From: Octopus bimaculoides
Taxonomy: Eukaryota
Length of the DNA: 64,000 nt
Assembly (NCBI RefSeq): GCF_001194135.2
Contig: NC_069008.1
Location: forward strand, 14,654,686 to 14,718,685
Direction of reading: 5' to 3'
The position numbers were made by a program, and so were the translations under genes. The notes under the pieces were generated by a model. That model made no database searches. It saw nothing but the letters and a program-made list of their open reading frames with translations, and was not told the DNA's origin. Shown piece after piece: positions 1 to 11,199 of the stretch. Position 1 is the stretch's first letter. The number at the start of each line of letters is the position of its first letter.

Positions 1-540
1 TATTAAGTTTATAAAGAAGAAGTCTTGGGATCAATTTGTTCGACCGAAAACCCTTTAAGGTAATGCTTCAGCATGGCCACAGTCAAATGACTGAACGTGT
101 AAAAGAATAATAGTACTCCGTGGAAATTCTAAAACAAATTTTTTTTTTTAATTTGAAATTTTTAAATCACACCCTGACATACTTCCACAAGAACGACGTC
201 CATCCCTTAAAAATGAAATATTAAAAAAAACACAATATATCAGCACAGTTCCCGTTTCTTTCCACCGAAATCTAGGTTGAATTTATTTTTCCCGTTAGTA
301 ACAGTGTAGTACGATTTGAGAGTGATTTGGCTATTATTTCACCAGGTCTGCCGTTGTTGATGCATATTTATTATTTATAAACTGATTATCATGCCAGTTG
401 ATGGGGGCTTTGGTTGTTGTTTTGTGTGGGGTTTTGGGTTCTTTTTTGTTTTTGTGTGTGTGGTGGGGCGTTTGCTATTGATTGACGATATTAAATAAGC
501 AAATTACTATGATTGAATGTTTCTGAAAGTATTAAATAAT

Positions 541-1006
541 GTCGGAGACTTTTAACATACGTCACCGGTAATATTGAAACAAGTGGAATAATTATTAACG
601 ACACCGCTTATTTTGTGTGTTTCTAATTAACTGATTGTAATTATCTCATGTTAAAGTGAATGTTTGTTTGTGCATAAGACAGGGCGACCTACGTGTTTCA
701 GGGTCGGTGATCCATGATCTTCGTTAAATATTTCATTTCATCGCAGCTCACATCGTTAATTGATTGTTCCCTATTTTACAGAGGAAATGGCTTTTAATCA
801 ATCATTGAACTTTCCTCACCTTTCTTCACTTTTCATTTCGACTTTATATCAAACATTCTACTGGTGAGTAGAAAATATATCTACATTACATCTGTTCCAC
901 ACGTGTAAACGGAGGTCTATGATATCTTAAGACAAGAAACTGAACCGTAATTAACCCACAGGCATTTGTCAGTTTGTTTGTTTTTAAGAATTCATCAAGG
1001 ATTAAT
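541..1006 (+). promoter_or_regulatory. Conserved 5' cassette of Z1 (putative promoter/5'UTR; predicted exon 782-863 and short intron)
   Basis: Aligns by eye with 41527-42007 and the reverse complement of 49616-50085; ctattttacAG acceptor and ctg/GTGAGT donor at 864. Confidence 0.7.
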
Positions 1007-2083
1007 ATGGAGAACGTTAATCACTTGGACAATTCTAAGACGAAACACAAAAAATTACATAACTGTGATATATGTGACAAATCTTTTGCTTCAAACAGTG
1101 TTTTAAGAATCCATACAAGGATCCACACCGGAGAGAAACCGTTTCACTGTGACATATGTGGGAAATCTTTTGTTAATAATTCTCATCTTGTAGTTCACAA
1201 ACGTAGTCATACGGGCGAAAAACCCTACAATTGTGAAATATGTGGAAAATATTTTGTCAATAATAGTGATTTAACAAAGCATAAAAGAATCCACACTGGA
1301 GAGAAACCCTATCACTGTGAAATATGTGGGAAAAAATTCGTGCATAGCAGTGTCTTGACAACACACAAGAGGATACACACCGGAGAAAAACCTTGTCGTT
1401 GTGATGTATGCGGCAAGTCTTTCACACGAACTTCTCGTCTTGTTATTCATAATCGTATTCACACTGGAGAAAAACCTTATCACTGTGAAATATGTGGCAA
1501 GTCTTTTTCTGATAATTCCAATCTTGTTATCCACATTCGTAGTCACACCGGGGAAAAGCCATTCCACTGTGAAACTTGTGGGAAATCGTTTATTACTAAC
1601 AGTGATTTAAACAGACACAAGAGAATACACACGGGAGAGAAACCGTTTCATTGCGAGATATGTGGCAAGTCTTTTCTCTCGAACAGTGACCTAATAAAGC
1701 ATAAAAGAATACACACTGGAGAGAAACCTTTTCCATGTGAAATGTGTGGTAAATATTTTGTAAATAATTCTTGTCTTGCTGTTCACAAAAGAATACATAC
1801 TGGAGAAAAAACTTATCATTGTGAAATATGTGGAAAATCTTTTGTGTCTAATAGTGATTTAACTAAACATAAAAGAATACATACGGGAGAGAAACCCTAC
1901 CATTGTGAGATATGTGGGAAGTCTTTCTCTGTTAATTCCAGTCTAATAGTTCACAAACGTAGTCACACTGGAGAAAGACCATATCATTGTGAACTATGTG
2001 AGAAATCTTTTATCACTAATGCTCTCTTAAAAACACACCAACAGACACATACTGGAGGGAAGCCTTTTAACTGTGAAATGTGA
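1007..2083 (+). CDS. C2H2 zinc-finger protein Z1, 12 tandem fingers
   Basis: ORF of CxxC-x12-H-x3-H repeats with TGEKP linkers. ATG at 1007 lies in the attaatATGgagaa context shared with paralogs; the track's TTG start at 974 is upstream. The ORF stops at TGA where the second Cys of a 13th finger is expected. Confidence 0.93.
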   Translation: MENVNHLDNSKTKHKKLHNCDICDKSFASNSVLRIHTRIHTGEKPFHCDICGKSFVNNSHLVVHKRSHTGEKPYNCEICGKYFVNNSDLTKHKRIHTGEKPYHCEICGKKFVHSSVLTTHKRIHTGEKPCRCDVCGKSFTRTSRLVIHNRIHTGEKPYHCEICGKSFSDNSNLVIHIRSHTGEKPFHCETCGKSFITNSDLNRHKRIHTGEKPFHCEICGKSFLSNSDLIKHKRIHTGEKPFPCEMCGKYFVNNSCLAVHKRIHTGEKTYHCEICGKSFVSNSDLTKHKRIHTGEKPYHCEICGKSFSVNSSLIVHKRSHTGERPYHCELCEKSFITNALLKTHQQTHTGGKPFNCEM

Positions 2084-3002
2084 AGAAAAAAACTTTTCAT
2101 TGAAATACAAACTCTTTATCTGCTAACATGTACATCTATCAATGGTGTGAGTCACAACTTGTCATTATTACTGAATGTCTGCTTTCCATGCTGGTGTGGG
2201 TTTGGTCAGTGTGACAGGATCCAGTGAGCTGCAAGCATATGTTAAATGCATTGTGCTCCATGTAAGCATTAGGAAGGCTAGCCAGCTGTAAAAACCATGC
2301 CAAAGCAGGCAGGGGAGCTTGGCACAGCTTATCAGTTCGTGTCAAACCATTCAACTGATGCTGCTATGGAAGAAGGGTCCTTCGATGATCATTGCCATCA
2401 TCAAATGAGCATCTTCCATGCTGGTATGGGTTGGATAATTTGACAATCCAGTGAGTCCAAGGATTGCATCATGCTCCAATGTCAGCTTTGGTATGGTTTC
2501 TACGACTGGATGCCCTTCCTAATGCCAACCATTTTGTAGAGTATGTAGTGGGAACTTTGAGTTATTTGTCATAGCAAATTATATATTTTTTTTTTTTAGA
2601 TTATTAATAATCTTTAGACACAAATCTCAAAATCCAAATCTGTTTTTCTCTAAGATGCACCATTTCAGAGCTTTTCCATGATATACATACATACATACAC
2701 TCATTTATATAGTAGACATGTTTGTGTGTGTGTGTATGAGGGGTACTGAATAGTTCCTCATTTTGAGTAAAAGAAAATAGAGAAGGATCAGTTAATTATG
2801 ATTTTATTAAATGTATTCCCCCTCTCAGATTCACACACTTATTGCCGTGATCCTTCGGTCTTTCTCAGCTCNNNNNNNNNNNNNNNNNNNNNNNNNNNNN
2901 NNNNNNNNNNNNNNNNNNNNNNNNNNNNNNNNNNNNNNNNNNNNNNNNNNNNNNNNNNNNNNNNNNNNNNNNNNNNNNNNNNNNNNNNNNNNNNNNNNNN
3001 NN

Positions 3003-3074
<72 letters not shown>

Positions 3075-4051
3075 GAGGGCATGTTGAAAAGTTCCTGGTT
3101 TTGGATAACAGAAAATACAGAAAGGATCAGTTCATTATGATTTTATTCAACACATTCCCCTCTCAGATGCACACACTTATTGCAGTGGTTCTTCAGTTTT
3201 TCTAAGCCCTGTAAAAGAACTAGGAAGGTTGGGCCTCCAACCAGGACTATCGAGACACCCTCAAAGCAAGGAATTTTTCAGCACTCCTTTGTATATGTGT
3301 CTGAATGTGTTTCTCTGTGGACAGCTGTAATGCAGCATGTGAACAACTGTCTTCAACTTACCAACCACCTCCCTCCTTAAAGCTATGCATTCCTCACACT
3401 TTCCCTTCAGTATTCTAAAAGTTACACGTGTACATGTATTGGTGTGTGTGTATCTATACAGGTATCTATGTATTCATATTCATGATGTATGCAGCATCCA
3501 TCATAATATAAAGTCCTCTTTCACCAAGCCCCACCCACCTCTTGAAAATTTCCAAATTTAGATTCTTTCACTCAACTTCTACCTTGCCCCTCTCATTCAA
3601 GTTCAGTGCAACTCAGCCCTCACCTCACACCTTCCTTATAGCACAGCCAAAATAGCTGAGCAATTTTTATAAGAGTTTTATAAGTTTTATAACTAACTGA
3701 AACACCCAGTGTTGCCCGAGCTGAAGGCTCAGGGAATAAATGGCAACATTGCAAAGCAATTTATTTAACTTAAAGTAAATCTTCTGAAAAAAAATACTCA
3801 ACATAGTTAAAGGCAATTTGAAAAAAGTTTTTGACAAAGAATATTTTTTCAGATTTCATTGTTTTAAACATATACAATTTCTATGATTCTACAAAACATT
3901 GTACACAAATCTAAATATTTTCAGTACCCCAATTTTTATTTAAACAATTTCAACCATAACTCAAAGCTCTCATTCTAAATGCTTCCACCAAACCCTAACT
4001 TTAATCCTTTAGCCTTTAAACTGGCCATATCCAGTTAAAATAATCTACCTG

Positions 4052-4415
4052 TCATCATCATCGTTTAACGTCCGCTTTCCATGCTAGCAAGGGTTGGACG
4101 ATTTGACTGAGGACTGGTGAAACCGGATGGCAACACCAGGCTCCAATCTAATTTGGCAGAGTTTCTACAGCTGGATGCCCTTCCTAACGCCAACCACTCA
4201 GAGAGTGTAGTGGGTGCTTTTACGTGTCACCCGCACGAAAACGGCCACGCTCGAAATGGTGTCTTTTACGTGCCACCCGCACAAGAGCTAGTCCAGGGGC
4301 ACTGGCAACGATCTCGCTCGAAAACCCTGCAAAGGCCAGTCAGGCGGTACTGGCAACGGTCACGCTCAAGATGGTACATCTTATGTGCCACCTGCACGAG
4401 AGCCAGTCCAGAGGC
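4052..4415 (-). mobile_element. RTE 3' UTR copy (5'-truncated)
   Basis: Nearly identical to 35345-35573; related copies at ~10098-10268 (+) and 26180-26258 (-). Confidence 0.75.
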
Positions 4416-5233
4416 ACTGTATTGTCTTCAAACTGACTAGTTCCAACCTCTCATACCTACCCTACAATATTATTCTAAAAATAAACAATCATATCATCGA
4501 AATCTTGGAACTATGAGATAATACATGATTAATTTAAAACAACATGAATAAATAAGTATTGCATTTGACAAAGAACTCTGAATGTTAAAGGATTAAATCC
4601 TAAATGTAAGGCCCTATTTCAAAATTCTAACCTTCAGCTTATCTCTGAATCTTAAACCCTAATCCTACATCCTAATACCAATCCCAGGTCCAAAGATTAT
4701 ATTTTGTGTAGATTAGCAACCTGGTATGTTTAAAACATACTTTCAAAAATAAAACTGAAAAGGAAAAAGTGTCATTAGGTACATACTTTGAAATGAACAG
4801 AACAAAGATGATAAACACTCGCAATTTGGAAAAACCTGTATTTAAAATACAAAAGAATATGAAAAAATTTTGAGGAAAAGATATAGAAGTTATGTGAGAC
4901 ATTTATTTGATACTTTGTAAAGTAATATTAAAGCAGCAGACATGCCTGCATTGTACAATTAGACCAACATGGAACACTTGGGTTCTTGCAAAGAATAATT
5001 GAGGATCTTTTTTCCATATAAGTCTCTGATGTAACACTACAGGTGTTTTCAGTCTGTTGTTGAGAAATTGACTGGTATATTTCAGTTTTGGTGCACAGTT
5101 TCAAAGACCTGCAGCTTTTGACTCATCATATCTTTTGTTTAGTCACAGGAATTTCATGTAGTAAATATATACATACAAATAAGTGTTGTTAATACAGAGA
5201 GAAGAGATGGGTTAGATGGTACAAAAAGCACAG

Positions 5234-5281
<48 letters not shown>

Positions 5282-6791
5282 CACTAGACTGCCCATGACC
5301 TGTTGGGTCACCAGGAAACTCAGTTTCCCAGCAACGGAATTTTGCTTTCTGGGTTTTTTTTTCTTTTTCTTTTCCAGGTTATTTCACATGCTTTCAATGA
5401 ATGTGATGTTGAAATCATGTGTAAACAGCTCCTTTCCCCCGAAAAGGAAAGATATGGCTGCTATTTCTTGCACTCCCTGCTACCACATAAGTATTTCAGG
5501 TCCTTTATCACAAATAGCTGTTAAGTGGTAGCAGGGCATGCTAGAAATAGCAGCCAAATCTTTGGAAGGGAGACACATTGAAAACACTCAAAAAAAACCC
5601 TACAGAAAAAAAAACTATTTCACACTGCGATTACAAACAGGTCTTTTAAGAAATAATTACCATATTTTTAAAGTCATTTTCACTTTAGAATATTTTTTAA
5701 ATATGCAAAAAAATTAATATTGTGTTGTATATTTCATCAGTATCTTCAATGTGTTACTCTGTTGTCACCACTTAGAGTGTTGTCGTTCTGTGAGGTCACC
5801 ACTCATAGCTTAGTTATTAAGCTATACACGATAAAATCAACGGAGAATGAGAGTGTGTTGATGTAGAATTTATTTTGTTACGTTTGGTTATACACCGTGG
5901 GGGCTGACATGTGCTTCATAGAAGTCCCACCTAATTGGAAATCCCTTCACTGCAGACCAGCTCATTAGCGAGCCCGCAGTGAAGTTCCTGTGTACAGTTC
6001 GTCTGTTATAAGTCCTTGGGCAGTGCCCTACACTGGATCCCTTAGCCAGCGCCAGTCCACAAGCCATCAGCTGCCAGTACACAGCATGTTTCCAGAAAAG
6101 TAAGAAACATTATAAAGTGATTATGTAATATTTGTTTACAAAATAAATACGAGATAAAAAAATTGTCAACTTTTATTGTATTCATTATATATATTGTTTG
6201 CAGTATAAATTAATATTACTAAGAAATATTACCGGTCTCTGGCACATTGGAAAAAAAACTGCTGGTACACCACATCAGATAGCTTGAGAAGCACTACCTT
6301 AAATCACAGTTTTGCAATTAGATCATGTCTATTAGTGTAGAACAGCCCAGGAAAAAGCTCTGCTTAGATTTCGTCCAGTTTAGGATTGTAAGTGAAAGTG
6401 ATGAAAGATCAGGATGCCCATAATTAAATACATAAGTCATAGCATCTTGTGCATGTATCTTGGGCTTGTAGTAAAACTGGAAGGGAGAATACAGAGCTCT
6501 CCAATCTCTGACCTTGCAATATGGTTATTAACACCATCTTGTAAATGCATGTGATAAACGTTGGTTGTTAAACAGCTATATGAGAGAGAGAGAGACAAGG
6601 AGGGAGAGTGTGAAAACGGGAGGAACGACAGAGGAGGAGGGAGGTCAGTGAGAGAATGAGATGCAAATAACAAAAATAGGGAGGAGTAAAAAAAAATAGA
6701 GAAAGAGAGAGAGAGGTGAGTGAGATAAACAAAGTTCTTTTATAGAGTATATTTTTACTGTCTTATCCAATGTCCTCTTGTTTACCAAATG

Positions 6792-7249
6792 GGTACATTT
6801 TGGTTCTCACCCCCATTAAAAAATTGCCTTTAAAAAAACTGGGTTATCTCCCCACTAAAAAATTGAGTTTATGTGACAAGAGATTGGATGAAAAGAGTTA
6901 GAGCCTTTTGATTCAGTACTTCAACACTTTGTTGACGTTTGGTCTCTTCAAAAGGAATGGTATGATTTGTTATAAAAATATTATCAGATTCAATAAGATG
7001 TTTAATTTTTCAATTTTTGTGTTTATTAATTTTTTTCAGTTTTCATGTTCATTAATCTTTTCAGTTTTATATAATCTGTTATAAAAATGTTATCAGATTC
7101 AATAAGATGTTTCATCTTTTCACTTTTGGTTTATTGAGGGTTAAACAATTTTTTAAGATGTGGGAGACAACCAAAAGTACCGATATTTCTCATAAAACTT
7201 GCGGAGACAACCCAATGTTTTAATGGGGGTGAGATAACCAAAAGGTACC
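6792..7249. mobile_element. MITE-like element with ~30-bp TIRs
   Basis: ggtacattttggttctcacccccattaaaa versus ttttaatgggggtgagataaccaaaaggtacc; internal ~50-bp direct repeat. Confidence 0.6.
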
Positions 7250-7782
7250 ATCAAATGTTAGCATGTGACATTGAAGAAGATTTGGCGGTTATTTCCAGCA
7301 GGTCGAGCAACTACAGAAATTCTCACTTTTCATGCAGCAAAACACTTCATCTTATGCTGCTCTGTGATCATTTCAACATCTGAGATGTGACACCCCATGC
7401 ATCAGACCTCGATTTGTGAGCTAATGTACAGCACAAACATTTGATCACTATAAACAGATCGTCTCCATGGATTGTTCAGCAAGAAACTACAGAAAAGTCT
7501 TTCTTGGCCTCGTTTATTAATATATCAACTGCAAGTTTCTCATTGAGAAATAAGGGTTTCCCAGATAACTTAGTGAAAGACTGGAGCCTGGTGCAGCTCT
7601 CCAGCTATGGCCAAGCCATCCAACTCATGCTAACAAGGGACAATGGACGTTAAATGAGAGATTTCCAGACAACAGATGAGAAATCAAGTAGAATGATTTC
7701 CAACTTATTTAGCCATAACAAATGTCCTTCAATGTCTACATGTTAGTGGACGATAAATTTAGATTAGCCAGAGAAACATTTT

Positions 7783-8661
7783 TCAAGTCTCCTCTTTAAC
7801 AGATTTCCCTCCAGAGTGTATTTGTTTGTGTCTTCTTAAAAGACTCTCAGTGATAAATGATTTCTCACATATTTCACAATGAAAGATATTTTCTCCAGTA
7901 TGAATTCTTCTGTGTTTTGTTAAATAACGATTACAGACAAAATATTTATCACATATTTCACATTTGAATGGCTTTTGTCCTGTATGTCTTTTCTTATGTC
8001 TGTTTAGATCACTTTTAGAGACAAAAGCCTTCCCACAGATTTCACACTGATAAGGTTTTTCTCCAGTGTGGATTCTTTCATGAACTACAAGATGGGAATT
8101 CTGAGTGAAAGATTTGCCACAAATTTCACAGTGAAATGGGTTGTCACCCGAATGAATTCTTTCATGCTCTGTTAAATTACTCTTTTTACCAAAAGATTTC
8201 TCACATATATCACAATGATATGGCTTTTCTCCAGTGTGACTACGTGTGTGAATTATCAATTGTGAATTATCACTATACGTCTTCCCACACACTTCACATC
8301 GATGCAGTTTATCTCCTCCGTGTATCTGTTTATGTCTTTTTAGGTGACTGTTAGTAATAAATGATTTGCCACATATATCACAGTAAAATGGTTTCTCACC
8401 TGTATGTATTTGCACATGAACTGCAAGATGGGAATTATTACTGAAGGATTTCCCACAAATTTCACAACGGAATGGTCTTTCCCCAGTGTGGATTCGTTTG
8501 TGAACGACAAGATTAGAATTATCAGTGAAGGATTTCCCACATATTTCACAGTGAAACGGTTTTTCTCCAGTGTGACTACGTATGTGGATAACAAGATGAG
8601 AATTTTGGCTGAAAGATTTCCCACATATTCTACATTGAAACTGTTTTTCTCCAGAATGCAT
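7783..8661 (-). CDS. C2H2 zinc-finger protein A, 10 intact fingers (ORF downstream of a premature stop)
   Basis: 292-aa ORF, close paralog of B and C with the same C-terminus (SGGKSVKEET). The start Met lies inside finger 1; the paralog-equivalent ATG is at 8868. Confidence 0.75.
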   Translation of the reverse strand: MHSGEKQFQCRICGKSFSQNSHLVIHIRSHTGEKPFHCEICGKSFTDNSNLVVHKRIHTGERPFRCEICGKSFSNNSHLAVHVQIHTGEKPFYCDICGKSFITNSHLKRHKQIHGGDKLHRCEVCGKTYSDNSQLIIHTRSHTGEKPYHCDICEKSFGKKSNLTEHERIHSGDNPFHCEICGKSFTQNSHLVVHERIHTGEKPYQCEICGKAFVSKSDLNRHKKRHTGQKPFKCEICDKYFVCNRYLTKHRRIHTGENIFHCEICEKSFITESLLRRHKQIHSGGKSVKEET

Positions 8662-8868
8662 TTCTTTGTGCGTTAAAACTTCTTGTTCTGAAGAGAAAGT
8701 TTCCTTACAAATCTCTCAGCTAAATTCAGGAATATCTCTGTACAATGGCTCTTGTTTGATAAATGTTTCACTATGTACAGCTTTCTCATTTCTGTCTGTC
8801 TCTCTAACTGTATCTATATTGTTAAAAATAGTTGTATTAGAAGTATCCAAGTGATTAACATTTTCCAT
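8662..8868 (-). pseudogene. Interrupted N-terminal leader of gene A (MENVNHLDTSNTTIFN...PEFS*EICKETFSSEQEVLTHKE)
   Basis: Hand translation from the ATG at 8868 is in frame with the 8661 ORF and matches gene B, except TGA at 8718-8716 where B has TGT (Cys). Confidence 0.85.
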
Positions 8869-9594
8869 ATCAATCACTGGGGAAGCTGAGAAATATCTGT
8901 AAGTTAATCTGATATGGTTCAGTTTCTTGTCTTAGCTATCACAGACATCCATTGACAAGTGTGGAACACATGTAACATATGTAAACTTTCAACTCACTGC
9001 TAGGATGTTTGTTGATGGCCTGGTTCTCTCAAACGGACACACATTTTGTTGTAGACAGAAAGTCTTCTGTTTGTACATTAAGAAATATGGATATGGTTAA
9101 CGGATGTTATGTTAGTTGTAAAATTATAACAATGTTCAGGATTGGTAGCTCATATTCTAGTAAAATTGGTGTTCACTGACCACAAGTTGATACAGGGCAT
9201 CCGGCTACCACAAACTGTAAAATAAGATGTAACTATGTAAGATGGTGTACAAAGTGTGCATATGTATATGTATGTGTGTATAATTTTTCATGTCAACTAA
9301 AATTTGGTACAAGCAATAAATGATTTAACCTTTTAGCATATAGATTATTTTGTCAAATGTAAAGCTTATTTTTTAAGTAATCATTTATTATCTAATAGCT
9401 CCAAGATTTTGATGATGTGATTGTTATTTTTACAATAATTTAGTGTGAGCTGAAAACAGCAAGGATACTATTCATGGTCAGCTCTGACTGAAGGAGGCCA
9501 AAAAAAAGTATGAGAGGTTGGATCTAGTCAGTTCGAAGATAAAAACAGGAAGAATACGTGGGCCTGATATGGTCAGTTTAAATGCTAAAGAGTT

Positions 9595-9755
9595 AAGCTG
9601 TAGTGAAATGAAAATATTTAACAGTGATCGTGGTGGAACACTGATTCCAAAACATGTAGGTCGTCCTGTCTTATACACAAACGTTTACCTTAACATGAGA
9701 TAATTACTGCATATAATTAGATTAGCACAACTAATTAAAAACAAACTGAAAAATC
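9595..9755 (-). repeat. Partial 5' cassette upstream of gene A
   Basis: Reverse complement contains taattatctcatgttaa, aagacaggacgacctacatgttt and aatattttcatttca motifs. Confidence 0.65.
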
Positions 9756-11199
9756 CAGCAGAAGATTGATTTGGTTTTTCTCAAATAAGAAAAACTTCGA
9801 CCAAGATCAAAAAGTTAACAGAAGAAATGACAGATATATGCAGACCCTTCTGAAATTCCAAGTGTTATACATACAAAATTTCCTGCACCTGTCATGAACT
9901 AGGACCACTTGATTCAATCATCTAGATGATTCAGATCTCATATAGAAGCAGTTGTTGAAGCCGAAGGTGGCTTTATTGAATAACATTATAGAAAAGAAGA
10001 TTTTTATCCTCATAGCATTTTTTGATAAATAAAGTTACGTTATTATATATGTTTTTTTTATAAATATAAATCTGTTCTCAAATATCTTACACACCCTTTG
10101 CCAGTACCGCCTGACTGGCCTTCATGTGGGTGACACGTAAAAGCACCCACTACACTCTCTGAGTGGTTGGCGTTAGGAAGGGCATCCAGCTGTAGAAACT
10201 CTGCCAAATCAGATTGGAGCCTNNNNNNNNNNTGGAAAGGGGACGTTAAACGATGATGATGATGATGATAAGCATACCTATACAAGTGTGCCCCCATCCT
10301 GAATTGGTTTCTCCATAACTTCCAGAAAAATTGATATTTTGTCATGAAATTTTCTAAAAATACTTTTCAGGTGTACACTCTAATTATTTCAGAATTTGTT
10401 TCGAAAAACATTTTCTGGGACTGGGGAGAGGAATTTCAGAAAATTCACACGAGTGGACTTTGTTTCCTCATAACTTATGGTCATTTTTTTTAATAAATTT
10501 TTTTACAAATACCTTTCAAAGTGTGTAAATCGCGATTATATCAGAATCTGATGAAAAAAGAAACATGTTGAGCACTCTCACATACCTATTGGCGCACATT
10601 TTTTTCAAAATTTCAAGTTTCGTTTCTTAGATATATATGCGATGAGTGTCGGAATGTATGTCTGCGAACCCATCAATTTTGTTTTGTTTTTTTCATCACC
10701 TTGATAATTAAGTATTTCATTTCATCACAGTTTACATCGTTAATTTGATGCAATCGCTTTTAGTTGATATCGAAAATTCATATTATTCGTGTGTGTGTGC
10801 GTGGAGATAAAGTTTTCAGAAAATTAGTAACACGAAGAAGCCAACGAAGGTCAAAAAGCGCAGAAATTCAAATAACCCTTTTCTATTTCTTAACAGAGAC
10901 TGAAATATTATGAAATACAAATTCAAAACTAAATTTGTTGACAAACTGGTTGAGTAACGCGGGAGAAGAAATTCTGCAGACAAGTGGCCGATAATGTTCG
11001 TCTGCGGACGACGCAAAAGGTTAATTGGACCTCTTCGTTTCCAGCACAACTGATATCGTTAATTGGTGGCAATCCATTTTAATTAATATATTATTTGTGT
11101 GCGTAGATAAGTAAAAGGAAACGAATAAATAACACAAAGAAGCCAATTTTTTTTACAAAGCAATAAACCCAATCACCTCGCTCTAATTATAAACAGACT

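Noticed and set aside
787-1006. Leader exon as a conserved KRAB-like N-terminal coding exon
   Set aside because: The frame is not conserved: an early stop in D and out of frame in E. Treated as a uORF instead.
1271-1610. Antisense and shifted-frame ORFs overlapping ZNF exons (also at 8136-8854, 18297-19173, 33880-34341, 53891-55514 and 62130-62580)
   Set aside because: By-products of the repetitive 84-bp finger codon pattern; no independent coding signal.
4595-4690. Degenerate (TAACCC)-like run as an interstitial telomere
   Set aside because: Too short and degenerate; more likely a subterminal repeat of a DNA element.
5888-6082. GC-richer 64-codon ORF
   Set aside because: No recognisable motif in any frame I translated; probably a TE fragment, unassigned.
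8716-8718. Selenocysteine recoding of the TGA at a Cys position
   Set aside because: No SECIS-like structure recognised downstream, and a single TGT-to-TGA transversion explains it.
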